A stretch of 62,712 nt of DNA, the filler included. It is 7 parts of 7 records of this genome, joined end to end, with 100 filler letters (N's around TTAATTAATTAA, not from the genome) between each part and the next. Parts side by side here need not be neighbours in the genome. Positions count along the whole stretch, not along the records: positions 25,591 to 33,568 come from SRR31156797_47491; positions 33,669 to 41,434 come from SRR31156797_47528; 5 more parts are not named here. One strand, 5' to 3'. The stretch's first letter is position 1. Every line of letters begins with the position of its first letter. The notes under the pieces are model-generated. The model worked only from the letters and a program-made list of their open reading frames with translations, was not told where the DNA came from and did no database searches. A program made the position numbers and the translations under genes. This document shows, one piece after another, positions 29,303 through 41,100 of the stretch.

Positions 29303-30148
29303 ATGAAAGCATTTGACAATCAGATGGTTTATATAACCGGCGGCTCCAGCGGTATTGGCCTTGAACTTGCGAAACTTTTTTCCTCCCTTGGCGCGGACAT
29401 TCTCCTGATGGCCAGGAATAGTGAAAAGCTTGAGACAGCCAAAAAACTCGCAGAAAAAGCAACAAAGCGCAACGGACAAACAATCATGACCCTTTCCGTT
29501 GACGTCGGCGATCATCTTGATGTGTACGCCAAGATGCCACAGGCCGTAAAAGAAATCGGCGCACCCGACATTCTCATCAACAGCGCGGGCATCAATAAAT
29601 ACGCGGACCATTTTGAAAACATCAGTAATGAGATGTTCAATGAAGTGATGAATATTAATGTGAACGGCGTCAGGAATGTAACCCATGCCCTGCTGCCCGC
29701 CATGAAGAAGAAAAAAGGCCATGTGGTCATCCTTTCCTCAGCCGCAGCCTTGTTCGGCATGTTTGGCTATACGGCCTACGCTGCATCCAAGGCAGCCCTG
29801 ATGGGGTTTGCCGAAAGCCTCCGGTATGAATTGAAACCCCTTGGCATGCCTGTCACGGTCCTCTGTCCCCCGGAAGTGGATACGCCCATGAACCTAGATG
29901 AGGTCAAAACCCTTCCCAGGGAAGGAAGGGCGATGAAAAGCATGGGAGGATTCCTCATGCCCGACCATGTGGCAAAGGTCATCGTCAAGGCCATTGCAAA
30001 GAAAAAATATTTCGTAATCCCCGGCCGTTCAACGGCAGTACTCTATTTTTTCCACCGGATGTCCAATGGATTCCTGAGCCGGTTGGTATCCGATTTCGTG
30101 GTAAAAAGGACGACGAGAAAGGAAAACAGTCCCAGGAGACTGGCATGA
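29303..30148 (+). CDS. SDR oxidoreductase, 3-ketodihydrosphingosine reductase-like
   Basis: ITGGSSGIG, YTAYAASK, CPPEVDTPM. Confidence 0.85.
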   Translation: MKAFDNQMVYITGGSSGIGLELAKLFSSLGADILLMARNSEKLETAKKLAEKATKRNGQTIMTLSVDVGDHLDVYAKMPQAVKEIGAPDILINSAGINKYADHFENISNEMFNEVMNINVNGVRNVTHALLPAMKKKKGHVVILSSAAALFGMFGYTAYAASKAALMGFAESLRYELKPLGMPVTVLCPPEVDTPMNLDEVKTLPREGRAMKSMGGFLMPDHVAKVIVKAIAKKKYFVIPGRSTAVLYFFHRMSNGFLSRLVSDFVVKRTTRKENSPRRLA

Positions 30149-31491
30149 AACTATTTTCAGGCGAACGAAAGGTGATTATCAGGAAATGTGATACCTATGA
30201 CCATGAAACAATCAGGACAATCATCAAAGAAGGAATGGAGGAGCTCGGGAAGCGGCCCCGGGGCAACATCCTGATAAAGCCGAACATCGTAACGGCGAAC
30301 AAGGAATACATCCACCACAGTTATACGGAACCGGCCATGCTGGGTGCAATGGTCGACTGCCTTAAAAAGGATTTTCACCAGGACGAAATCACCATTGGCG
30401 AATCCGGCGGCATCGGTATGCCTTCAAGGATGTTTTTTGCGGAATCAGGCATCGGAAAACTTGCGCACAAACTGAAGGTACCCCTGGTGGATTTCAATGA
30501 GGAGCAGGCAAAAGTAGTCACCCTGGAAAAAGCGAAACTCCATAAAACAATGGAAGTTGCCAAATCCCTCCATGGGGCCGACTATAAAATCTGGATGCCG
30601 AAACTCAAATTCCATATTGTAACGGAGATCACCAACACCCTGAAACTGAATATCGGAATCCTGAACCACAGGGAACGGTTCCTGTACCACGATGACCGCC
30701 TGCACCAGAAAATAGTGGATATGCTGGAAGTCGGCTATCCGGATATCATTGTCTCGGACGCGGTGACCATCGGGAAAGGATTTGAATCAAGCCCCTACCC
30801 TGTTCATTTGGGTGCCATACTGATCTCAAACGACCCCCTGGCCTGTGACATGGTTGCCGCAAAAATCCTGGGGTATGAACCGGAAGAGGTGATGCATCTT
30901 GTGGAAGCAAGGGAACGGGGCTATGGCACCCTTGATTTTGATGATATTACCGTTTCGGGCGATATTTCCATTGAAACCCTTGGGGACCGGATCAAGGATG
31001 TCGAATCCCCTTTTCAGGATTTAAGCAGGCTGGATTCGCCGTTGACTTTTTATGAAGGCATCAACCGGTCCTCGGGCAACCTCTGCTACGGCGGTTGTAT
31101 CTGCTCCATCAAGGGGCTCCTCGGCACAGCCGAGAAAAAATATCCCGGCACCCTGAAAAACGCCCGAAAAGCCGCCATTGTCATGGGGTATTACCAGGGG
31201 GATGTGATTCACCCCAATGACCCTGTGGTCCTTGTGGGCACCTGCGCCGGTGTCAGCGGAAAGCTGGAAGCGTCAAAGATCATTCGCATGAAAGGCTGCC
31301 CGGTAACGGTCAAAGACATGATGCTGTTTCTTTTATTCCGGCTGAAAATCAAAAGCCCGGCCTTTGATCCCAGAAACATGGTGCTCCTGGCCTACCATTC
31401 CCTTGTATCCGCCTGGATGAAACTGACCATTCCATTTAGAAAAAAAGCAACATTTGAAAAACAGATCAGGCGGGGCAGGCTTTCACTATGA
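30145..31491 (+). CDS. DUF362 domain Fe-S protein
   Basis: ILIKPNIV, IGESGG, MPKLKFH, DPLACD; Cys-rich tail (CYGGCIC, GTC, KGCP). Confidence 0.82.
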   Translation: MKLFSGERKVIIRKCDTYDHETIRTIIKEGMEELGKRPRGNILIKPNIVTANKEYIHHSYTEPAMLGAMVDCLKKDFHQDEITIGESGGIGMPSRMFFAESGIGKLAHKLKVPLVDFNEEQAKVVTLEKAKLHKTMEVAKSLHGADYKIWMPKLKFHIVTEITNTLKLNIGILNHRERFLYHDDRLHQKIVDMLEVGYPDIIVSDAVTIGKGFESSPYPVHLGAILISNDPLACDMVAAKILGYEPEEVMHLVEARERGYGTLDFDDITVSGDISIETLGDRIKDVESPFQDLSRLDSPLTFYEGINRSSGNLCYGGCICSIKGLLGTAEKKYPGTLKNARKAAIVMGYYQGDVIHPNDPVVLVGTCAGVSGKLEASKIIRMKGCPVTVKDMMLFLLFRLKIKSPAFDPRNMVLLAYHSLVSAWMKLTIPFRKKATFEKQIRRGRLSL

Positions 31492-31520
31492 GATATTAAA
31501 TAAACAGCGGAACGATCGCA

Positions 31521-31757
31521 TTGGATTATATCAGAGGAAATCTAATGGATCTATTAAAGGGCCGCATATTGCCCCATGATATACCGGATCCGATTAATGA
31601 CATCATCGATTTCGTCCAACCCGAATTACAGGCAGCTATCAACAGGGGTGCGATAATTTATCTGTTTGGTGAGCCCTACAGTGATAAACAGGGCATTCAT
31701 GATGTTCATATGAATCAAGGGAGTCAAGCCGGTTTTGCGAGATTTAACGGTGTATGG
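31521..31757 (+). pseudogene. Internal fragment of a YukJ/DUF2278 family gene
   Basis: LDYIRGNL and FGEP....GIHDVHMNQGS...NGVW. Confidence 0.7.
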
Positions 31758-32042
31758 AACTACAAATACAAGAAACCTGCGTCAAACTATCTTGAAAGGT
31801 GGATCTTTTGGGCTAAAGAGTCTATTCTTGAGCCCTTTGTGAAGTATGCCAATGGACTTGACAGGGATCGGGCGGAAATTCTTTCATTTATCAAACACAG
31901 AATCACTTCGGGAAAGATTGAAGCCTTTAATGCTACCATTGGAAGAATTATAAGAAGAGCATGTGGCTATCAGGACCTGGAGTATCTCTATTTTTTAATA
32001 CGCCAGGAGGCATTGAAATCGTCTCAAACATGACGGAAACCC
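31755..32042 (+). mobile_element. ISL3-family transposase C-terminal remnant with a possible right end
   Basis: W...A.ES.LEPF..., ITSGKIEAFNATIGRIIRRACGYQDLEYL; candidate IR end ...CAAACATGACGGAAACCC. Confidence 0.75.
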
Positions 32043-32053
32043 AAAAATAGAAT

Positions 32054-32278
32054 TTGACGAAATTGCTGTACTGGATAACCCAATTCCTATTGCTTGATGA
32101 AATAGCCGGATTTATATATTGGGCGGTTGCAATATATAGTATTTACGAGATCATCAGAGCAAATGACAAACCAATTGTGACCGCAGTTTTCGTTTCGGCC
32201 TATATTGTTATAATCGTAATGATATATTTTATGGTTATAAAAAGGATTAAGGGCTTTTTCGACACAAAGAAAAAGTAA
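32054..32278 (+). CDS. Small AT-rich membrane hypothetical protein
   Basis: Two TM helices and a basic tail; TTG start. Confidence 0.45.
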   Translation: MTKLLYWITQFLLLDEIAGFIYWAVAIYSIYEIIRANDKPIVTAVFVSAYIVIIVMIYFMVIKRIKGFFDTKKK

Positions 32279-32781
32279 ATACTTTCATGACTCAATCGAA
32301 TCTCTCATCATGAATCGGAGGGGGAGGTTGACCCTGATAATCTGAAATAAGATAATGGTTCATCCAATTGAGCCCGCTCAAAACTTGTTGTTGCCTATGC
32401 CCCCTATGGGGCCACCCTGGCCTGCTCTTACCACCCCCTGCGGGGAATCTGTCGATCCCAAGGGTACAGCCCCAACAGCCCATCCCGGAAACCCGACAAA
32501 CACGATTCTGACGAACAAGGCTCCCAAGAGAAGCGCTCCCGGAGATCCAAACCGCCCCCACATGCCCCTTTGACCTGCCGCCCCAGGGGGACCAAGCCTG
32601 CTGCCAGCTCTGCCCGAACACCCAGTGCAGGGAGCACTAAACCAGGGCCAGGCCCCCCGCTCAAGCCGCAATCCAGGAGCCCAAGCATGATCATGCTCTT
32701 GACAATCCTTTGGAAAGATGACTATGGGTAATCAGTCTAATGATAATGCGAACAATCTAATCCCACTGCGAAAGGACTCTA

Positions 32782-33285
32782 ATGGAAACCATCGAACGCA
32801 AAAGAACGATAGTCTGGAATGATCCAAAAAACAGCGCAAGAGATGCCGCGTCAATTTCAGGACTGGATTACCTGAAAGGGATTAAACACGGCACAATCAG
32901 CCCGCCTCCGGTGGCCAAACTCCTGGGATACAAACTTTACAAGGTTAATAACGGCCATGCCGTGTTCGAACTTGCCCCCGGGGAACACCATTATAATCCT
33001 TTTGCAACGGTTCATGGCGGCATTATTTCAACCCTCCTCGATACCACCATGACAGCCTCAGTATTATCAACACTTCAGAAAGGACTCAGCTGCTCTACGG
33101 TTGAAATTAAAGTCAACTTTGTTCGACCGATAACCGCCAAAACCGAAGTTTTACGATGTGAGGCGCGACCAATTCATGTGGGGAAACGCCTGGCAACTGT
33201 GGAAGGCCGATTGAAAGATAAAAATGGCGAACTATATGCACATGGCGTAAGCACATGTTCGATATTTAAAATGAGTCCAATGTAA
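32782..33285 (+). CDS. PaaI family thioesterase
   Basis: HYNPFATVHGGIISTLLD, TVEIKVNFVRP. Confidence 0.92.
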   Translation: METIERKRTIVWNDPKNSARDAASISGLDYLKGIKHGTISPPPVAKLLGYKLYKVNNGHAVFELAPGEHHYNPFATVHGGIISTLLDTTMTASVLSTLQKGLSCSTVEIKVNFVRPITAKTEVLRCEARPIHVGKRLATVEGRLKDKNGELYAHGVSTCSIFKMSPM

Positions 33286-33420
33286 AAGTCCGAAAACACA
33301 ATATACGATGTATATTGTCAATACGAAAAAAATCAACGCTATTTATCGTAATTATAATTTTTTTCTTGACGGCCTGGGTTGATTTTGCGATAGCTTTTTA
33401 AAGCTCCATCAAAAATCCAC

Positions 33421-33510
33421 ATGATAAAGCCAAACCTGTAGCGATACTGGGATCAGTGCAAATTATAAATCTTGTTGTACAACATCTGGCTCCAGCGGCC
33501 GGCATTTCAG
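33421..33510 (+). ncRNA. Candidate (degenerate) c-di-GMP-I/GEMM-I riboswitch
   Basis: GATAAAGCCAAACC-TGTA-GCGA-TACT-GGGA matches the P2 arm with a GNRA loop; the 3' half deviates; TTGACG upstream at 33366. Confidence 0.4.
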
Positions 33511-33568
33511 AAGACATGTCACAATGCCCATAAAAAACTCAGTGATGTCCGGTTAGGTTTTTGCATGC

Positions 33569-33668
33569 NNNNNNNNNNNNNNNNNNNNNNNNNNNNNNNN
33601 NNNNNNNNNNNNTTAATTAATTAANNNNNNNNNNNNNNNNNNNNNNNNNNNNNNNNNNNNNNNNNNNN
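33569..33668. other. Artificial contig spacer
   Basis: N44-TTAATTAATTAA-N44. Confidence 0.98.
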
Positions 33669-36600
33669 AACCTGATAAATGAAAAGAATGAAGTTCTCTC
33701 CGGCGCCTCCCCCCGGGCTCAGCCATGGGGAACCTTCCCCCCCCTTGCATGTGTAAGTCGGATTCTGGGTAAAGGTTGCACCATCAGAAAGCTGGATTCT
33801 AAAATAACGGGTTTCTCCGGCTGAAGCATTAAACCCGAAAGGCACGGCTTCATTTACCGACTGGTTGTTGCGGTAGAAAGTCGGAGCAGGTAACCATGTA
33901 CAGTCCTCCGTTAGATTCAGCCAGTATCCATGCCATGGCTCTAAATTTACTAAAGAATTGTTTACAGCCCCGGCGGAATAAATATTCCAGGCATTATTTT
34001 TCAATCCCCAAACACTTGAATATTTTCCCTCAATGGAAGCCATCATATCGGCAACAGGTTTGGCTTTCGCTGACAGACAGCCAACCAGGTTCCATCCCGT
34101 AACCAGATCTATAGTCTCGGACGGATTTGTCCCTGCGACTTCAAGTGTCGCGGCAGCACTCATGTTGATCCAGTAACCGGAACCTGCATTCATTGACGAC
34201 AGGTCGCTAAAATTCGGATTCGCGGGATCATAGCTGAGCCAGCCGCCGTTTTCAAAGGCCCATACACTGTAATATTTGCCTGCTATTGAGGTTAGTACCT
34301 TTTCAACGCGGGCATCACCCGGTTGCAATGGCAAAGAAATCAAGTTCCAGCCTTTGGTAAGTTCCGTTTCCGCTGTTCCAATAATGAAGTCCTTACTCAT
34401 GGATAGAGACTTACCCCCGACCGTAACCGTTGCAACGGCAAGGTATTTCCCGCCCTCAAAGTCTTTGGGAATTTCCCAAACAAAAGAGCCGGCCTGAGAA
34501 TCACTCGGAGAGATGGAAAAAACCCTTGGAAGAAAATCAGCTTTTAAGGTGCTCCCTTGATAAATTGTCAGTGCGAAAGAAGCTTGGATATTTTTGTCAG
34601 AAATATTTTCATAGGTTACGCTAAATTCATTTCTGCTTCCAATTTTACAATCGGGAATGTCAATTTTTGTTATATTTCCTGTGTTAACATTTATAAGCTC
34701 TCTTGAGGTTCCAATCGTACTAGTTGAATCGTCTACGGAAGTTTCTACCCAGTAGCCGCCGCTGAGGGAAGGGGCTCTCAACTGAACCGTCTCCTGCACC
34801 ACGGTTGCCGGATCGCACTTGATTGTTGCGGTACTGTTTTGAAGAACCTGGCCGAGATTATCCTTAATCGCTACTGTGACATCAAAAAATGCAGTGGTGT
34901 CAACGATATTCTCCACCTCGAGCAAAACATTGACGGCCTCTCCCGAAGAATAACTCGTCTTTTCCGGTCCAGCGCTTATCAACACGCCTTTGTTGGCTGT
35001 ATCATATTCAATTTCGATCTCAAGATCGCTGTAAAGAGTTGCCTGACCGGTTCTTGTATCATATGCAACCGGAAACAGGTCTAAAACGACAATGAGATTA
35101 TCTTGAGTTGTATATGTGTAATAATCAAACAGACTATCGAACAAGCCAATACGTCCCGGAGCCTCCAGGTAGTCGGCCCAATCGGGATCAATTGAAGGCG
35201 GGGCCGGATTGGGTACCGGAATATTCACAGTTCCGACTTTAATTGGATCGGACTTGGTTAAAGAAATATTTTTTACGGACGATCCGGAAGGCAACGTGAT
35301 GTAATATCTTTTATGGGGCAGGACCGGCGTCTCTCCATCCCTTTCAAAACGGGAATACCCTTCCATGGTAATAAATTCAAATTCACCTTCTGCTTCAATG
35401 AAATAATCAGCTATAGTTTCGGATATTGTTTTTTTTGTGATGTTCTGTACTGACATCACCCGAACGTTTTTCTTTTCTTCAACTTTCTGAAGAGCCATAA
35501 TGGACTGGCTCTTTGGGGATTCATCTTCAGGCGCCGGATATTTATGCCATGGGGTACCATAAAGGACATAAATGGGCGCGCACGCCCTCGTATAATTTGG
35601 TTCAGCATTACCTTTGGCGGCAACCCGTGCGGCTTTTAAACTTTTTCCCAATGTCTCGGGCATAGCGTTGCCATACCCGATAACACTTCGAAAGTAGCTT
35701 TTAAGAAGGTCATTGTTCCTGGAACCATTTGAAACCGTAGTAGCCCCAATAACATCTCTAACATTATTCCTCAAAAGGGAATAAATCATCAAAGATTTTG
35801 CTGAAGATTCACGATCTCTGTCCAGCAAGCCGTTCAAACAGGATATCATCATAAAATGTGACGGATTTGCTCCGAATAAAGCGGATATATTTAATGAAAA
35901 GCCTAATATAGTTAAAGTCCCATCAAAATCCTTACCATCAAATCTGTAACAAGCCTGAGTTTTACTTCCATGACCTCTCCATATGAAATGATCAAACCCA
36001 TTTGCAAATTCCTTTTTTAGATCGGTAAATTGAAATGTGTCTGAATTATATAATTTTTCGCCATTCTTGAGGTTAACTTTATAACCAATTTTTTGTGCAT
36101 CCTTCACGGCCAGTTCCGCAGCTTGAGGGAATCTTAGTTGCTCTGTATTATTTTTGAAATTATAGGCACTGATAATGCAATTTTTAACGGATGTTCTATC
36201 CGTTGTTACAAGTTTTAATGCGCTCAACAATTCCGCTGAGTCCTCACCCACGATTCTTCCGGGATAAATATTCTCAACAGTTCCATTTTTGTAGCCCTTT
36301 CCATCGGTATCTGCATAGATCACATCCGAATATGCTAAAGAATGATCTGCAGCATGCTCGGTATACGTTGACGCATTGTAATGAGAGCTTGGCATAAGCC
36401 CCGGCGGGTCGTTAAAATAATTTGTTGGAAGTCCCTCCAATCGGTAGAATGGAATTATTGAATCCCCGCCAACAATAAGAAGATACCGGTCCTGATTCAA
36501 ACCACCAAGCCTTCCTGCCCAGTAATGGGTGTACTTATCAATGAAAGTACTTATCCTGCTGGCTGTGGCCTCGGAAGTATAATCGATATCAACATCCCTG

Positions 36601-38069
36601 TCCCATTTCTGGTTGCCGGGATCCCAGCCCCACCATTTTATTGGATTGTCATAATATTCTTTTTTGATTGATGTGTCTGTTTCATCGTTGATTCCGGTTC
36701 CGTTTGGATTCAATGAACACCCGTTGCCATCTTTGGCAAAATTATCATACTCATCCCACCAATCCACAAAAAAAACCGAGGCATTTCTGCTATGGGATAT
36801 TTTATATAGCTCCTTCAAAATATTATTTACATTATTCGTATCTGCATGCCTTTTGTATAGAAGATTCCGGTTGGTAAGAATAATATCTCCGGTACGGATC
36901 ATATTCACCGTGAACATATCTTCCTCGGTTGTAAATGAATTCCCTGAAATCTCTGCCGTGACAATAGAGCGTATCGATGTATTTTCATTTTCAGGGATAA
37001 TGACCTTTACAACATATTGATCTGTTTTGGCTTTTTTATTGAATGAAATAGTATCTATGGTTAATTTGCCCTTGGAAAAAATATAGTTTCCCTGCTCAAC
37101 CGGGATTTCATCAGCCGCCATATTCTTTCTTTTTACCACCGGATTATGGTCGACAAGATCCCAGGAACTGGGGAAATTAATTGACAGGCTCCCTGTATGA
37201 TCGCTGTCAGAACCGTTAGTCACTTCTGCGACCAGAAAAGCAATATCGCCGGCAATCTTATTGACATACCTGTCAGCACCTGTTTGGGCATAGGCATCAT
37301 CTATGTAAAGCTGAACTTTGACCTGATCAGATACGGGATTGTTTATTCCTTTGATGGAATCGACCACACCTTTCACCAGATCATCAGTAGGGGTTGTGGA
37401 AACAAACACTTTTCCCCAGCAATAATTGGCCAATTCCTTTGCGCCATTCAATATGCTTTGACTGTAACCGGAACAAACGACCGGAAAAACGGCCACCTGA
37501 TTGTCCTTGGCCGCTTTTTTCGCGCGGCTGATGACCGCAGTGTCTGCAGAATCCCAATTATCCCCATTTTCTGCACCTTCATCGCTCATCGGCATAACAA
37601 TTCTCACATACCCTGATTTCCATCTATATTGATTTGCAATATCTGCAACTGCAGGGCCCCAATCCTCATAATCATCGACTGTCGGACTTGAAACAATGGT
37701 GCTTACAGTATCCGTTGCGCAGTCTCTGGTATTCGTTATGCCCAGTATTTTGGATTCAACATGAATACCGTTATTTTGCAATCCAAGAATGATGTCACCC
37801 ATTTTACTGCACAAAACAGAGAACTCGTCATCCATCGATCCGGACGTGTCCATTAAAAACAGCAGTTCAACATTCGTTTGGTTCAGTATCGTAAGGCCAG
37901 TCCTTTTATTTGTTTCAATTGTGTCCTTGTGGACAACAATCTCATTGGGCGGTTCCCAGTTGTAGGCGTTTCCTTCATCATCTTGAACCATAATGGCTGA
38001 AACAGGCGGAATGAATAAGAAGAAGAAAATAAATGCTAACAATAAAACAACAATCGTTTTTTTAATCAT
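33669..38069 (-). CDS. Large secreted protein: vWA + peptidase C25 (gingipain-like) + C25 propeptide-like + Ig/CARDB + 2 GWNL repeats (3' truncated)
   Basis: Signal peptide; MIDAS DTSGSM; LLIVGGDSIIPF, SDVIYAD, GRIVG, RGHGS, ISCLNG, LYGTP. Confidence 0.75.
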
Positions 38070-38106
38070 AATTGTATTTCTCCATATGGTTTAATGTCTT
38101 TTGCAT

Positions 38107-41100
38107 TTACCGAAAAAAAAGCCAATACCCCCTCCCGGGTTCCATGTTCTCCAAATTACTCAACCCCGGATTTTTAGGATCGTAAACATACCAGTTTCCA
38201 CCCTTGTACCCCCAGATACTATCCACTTCCCCACCAATAAGAGGCAGGGCCTCCTCCAGGGGCATCCCCTGAAGGGAATTACCCCCAACCAAGTTCCAGC
38301 CTTCCTCCAAATTCAAAGCGGAGGAAGGTCTCTGCCCTTGAACCTTAAAATGAAGCCCTTTTTGAATCGTCTTAATCCAATAGCCTCTTCCCGGAGCCAG
38401 TTCCTGCAGATCTCCAAGCCCCGGATTTCGTGGATCATAAATATGCCATGTTCCGCTTTCAAAACTCCACACGCTTTCGATTCCCTGGTTCAGGCCCCCC
38501 AGAACCTGATTGACTTGATTATTGTTAAGTCTTACAGGAAAAGAAATCAGGTTCCATCCTAAATCAAGAGAAAAGGTGAATGATTGTTCCCGGGGGGTAA
38601 AAAGAATTGATTTAACCTCGGTTAATTGCCCGGCTTCATCATATCCGGAAAAATGATACTGACTGCCGTCTCCACGGGAAATACCAATGGTGGAAGACAG
38701 GTTGCTATTCCCTGAACCATAATTGAATTTGATACGGCCATCCTCGTACAGAACAGCTTCCACATTCACAGGCTCACCTGTTTCATATCGTTCTGCGCCC
38801 CACCTAAAGCAGACTGAATCAGAAGAAGGACTGCTGATATAGATATCTTCCCCCTGTTGGGAGAATCCGTTGGTAACCAGGTCTTCCCATAAAGGGGCAA
38901 TCATCGCCCTGTTTTTGAAATTTGCTTCAGAATTTGAATGAGACGCTGAGCCTTGGGTAAAGTCAAGGAATCCGTTTGAACATACATGAACGGTGTCATA
39001 TTCATCCTGAAAGAAAGGAAAAGAAAAGGGAAGCGAATACAGCCAGGATTGGTCATCAGCTTTCCACACCAGGGCCTGTCCTTCACCTTGAAATTCATTA
39101 TCGACCAATGTTTCGTTATACGATTTATGAAGAATGTTGATTTTGACAGCATTACTGATCCCTCTATCCGTTATGATTGTCACTTCACCTGTCCGGGCGC
39201 CTTCAGGAACCCGGCATACAATCCTAGAGTCGCTCCATGAAATTATATCCGCCGTCCTGTCAGGATAGAACCCCACACTGCAGTTTCCCCGGTTGACGCC
39301 AAAACAATCCCCTGTAATCGTAATCTGCTGCCCGCCATAAGCATCAACCTGGCTAAGGGAAAAGATATGGGGAAGATCAAAATTTACTGTCAGCCCCGTA
39401 TACGCATTGATTCTACCGGAAGAACCGCTTTTTCCATGAAGCTCCGGAATAATGTCCAAGGAACGAAGCATTCTGCTTTTAACCTCCAACGGACCGATGG
39501 AAGGGAAATGTGAAAAAAGCAGGGCCGCCACCCCGGCCACATGGGGCACAGCCATAGACGTACCACTCATATTGCAATAGGTATTGTTAAGACCGGTACT
39601 GAGAATGCTGACCCCCGGTGCGGATATGTCAACCCAGTCTCCGTAATTGGAAAAGGATGCGGCCTTGTCCCGGTTGTCAGTGGCGCCTACCGCCATTACA
39701 GCACTAATCCCGGATGCAGCAGGATATAAGAAATCAGATGTATTGTCATTTCCGGCAGCGGCACAAATAAGTGCTCCTTTCTCTGCCGCAAACGCCATGG
39801 CATCTTCAATTAAATTCGATTCTTGGTAATCCCCCCAGCTAAGGTTGACAACCCTGGCACCATTTTCAGCTGCATATATGATGGCGTGGGCGGCATCAAC
39901 GCTTTCCAATGCACCGTCCCCCGATGGCGTTCGGTAACTCGCCCTTACCGGCATAATCATGCAGTTTCTTGCAACACCGGCTATTCCCAAGCTATTGTTG
40001 CTTACGGCGGCTGCAATTCCTGCAATATGAGTCCCATGCCCATGCCTGTCCATTGGATCATTGTCCGGATTTTTATAATCTTCATCCGGGACTCCTCCCT
40101 GGGAATCCACAAAATCCCAACCCAGATGGTCATCAATATAGCCATTGCCATCATCATCCATTCCATTATCCGGAATTTCCCCTGGGTTGTTCCAGATATT
40201 GGCTGCAAGATCTTCATGGGTATAATCCACACCCGTATCAATTACAGCAATGACCACATCTCTTCTGCCTTGTTCAATATCCCATGCTTCAGGTGCATCA
40301 ATATCCCCGTCTCCGGTCCCGTTATGTTGACCTGTATTATTTAAAGCCCATTGTTTGAAGAATTTTGAGTCATCCGGTATGTCTTTTAAAGGAATGATAT
40401 AATTAGGTTCGGCTTTGTCCATAACACCCTGTTGATGAAACCGCTCCATGGCTTCATTCACCGAAAGATGAGGGGGAAGAGAAAGGACATAATAATTGAG
40501 TTGTCTGATCTGCTCTTTCTCGGTTGCACCAATAGAAGCCACCAGGTTGTCTATGATCTGTTTGGAAATAAGTCTCTTAAAACGGATGACCAGTTCACTT
40601 GAAACGAATTCTGATTTTACGCAATCTTTCTTGATTACGTTTTTATTATTGTTAATAGAATCATCGCTGGTGGTATTTGTTCTATTCTTGGTTCTAAATG
40701 TTAGATCTACATCCGGCTTTGTACTGTTTGAAAATTTGCATGCCTTGCTTTCAGCGACAGCTCTTTTAGAGCCCTTGAAAAAAAAGGCTTCCGAAACGTT
40801 GAATCTTTCTTCATTATCATATTTTTCGTATATAAGGGCTCGATTATGGGTCAGTTTTTTTAACGCATCATCCAATGGGAGTTTTTTAAAAGAAAGGGTA
40901 ACTTTTTCTAAGATAGGGGAATTTGAAATTTTTATGTTTGTCTTTTTCGAAATTCCCTTGAGAATATCCCCGACAGCAGCCCCCGTTGCATCAATTGAAA
41001 ACAACTCACCATCTATCGACAGGGTATAAGACTTCTTAATTCCATCTGACAAAGATGTTGAATTCTTAGGGCTTATGGTTTGCGTTGAAGCAGCAACGGA

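Noticed and set aside
33421-38069. Riboswitch candidate regulating the adjacent giant protease
   Set aside because: They are on different contigs separated by a spacer, and in the wrong orientation.
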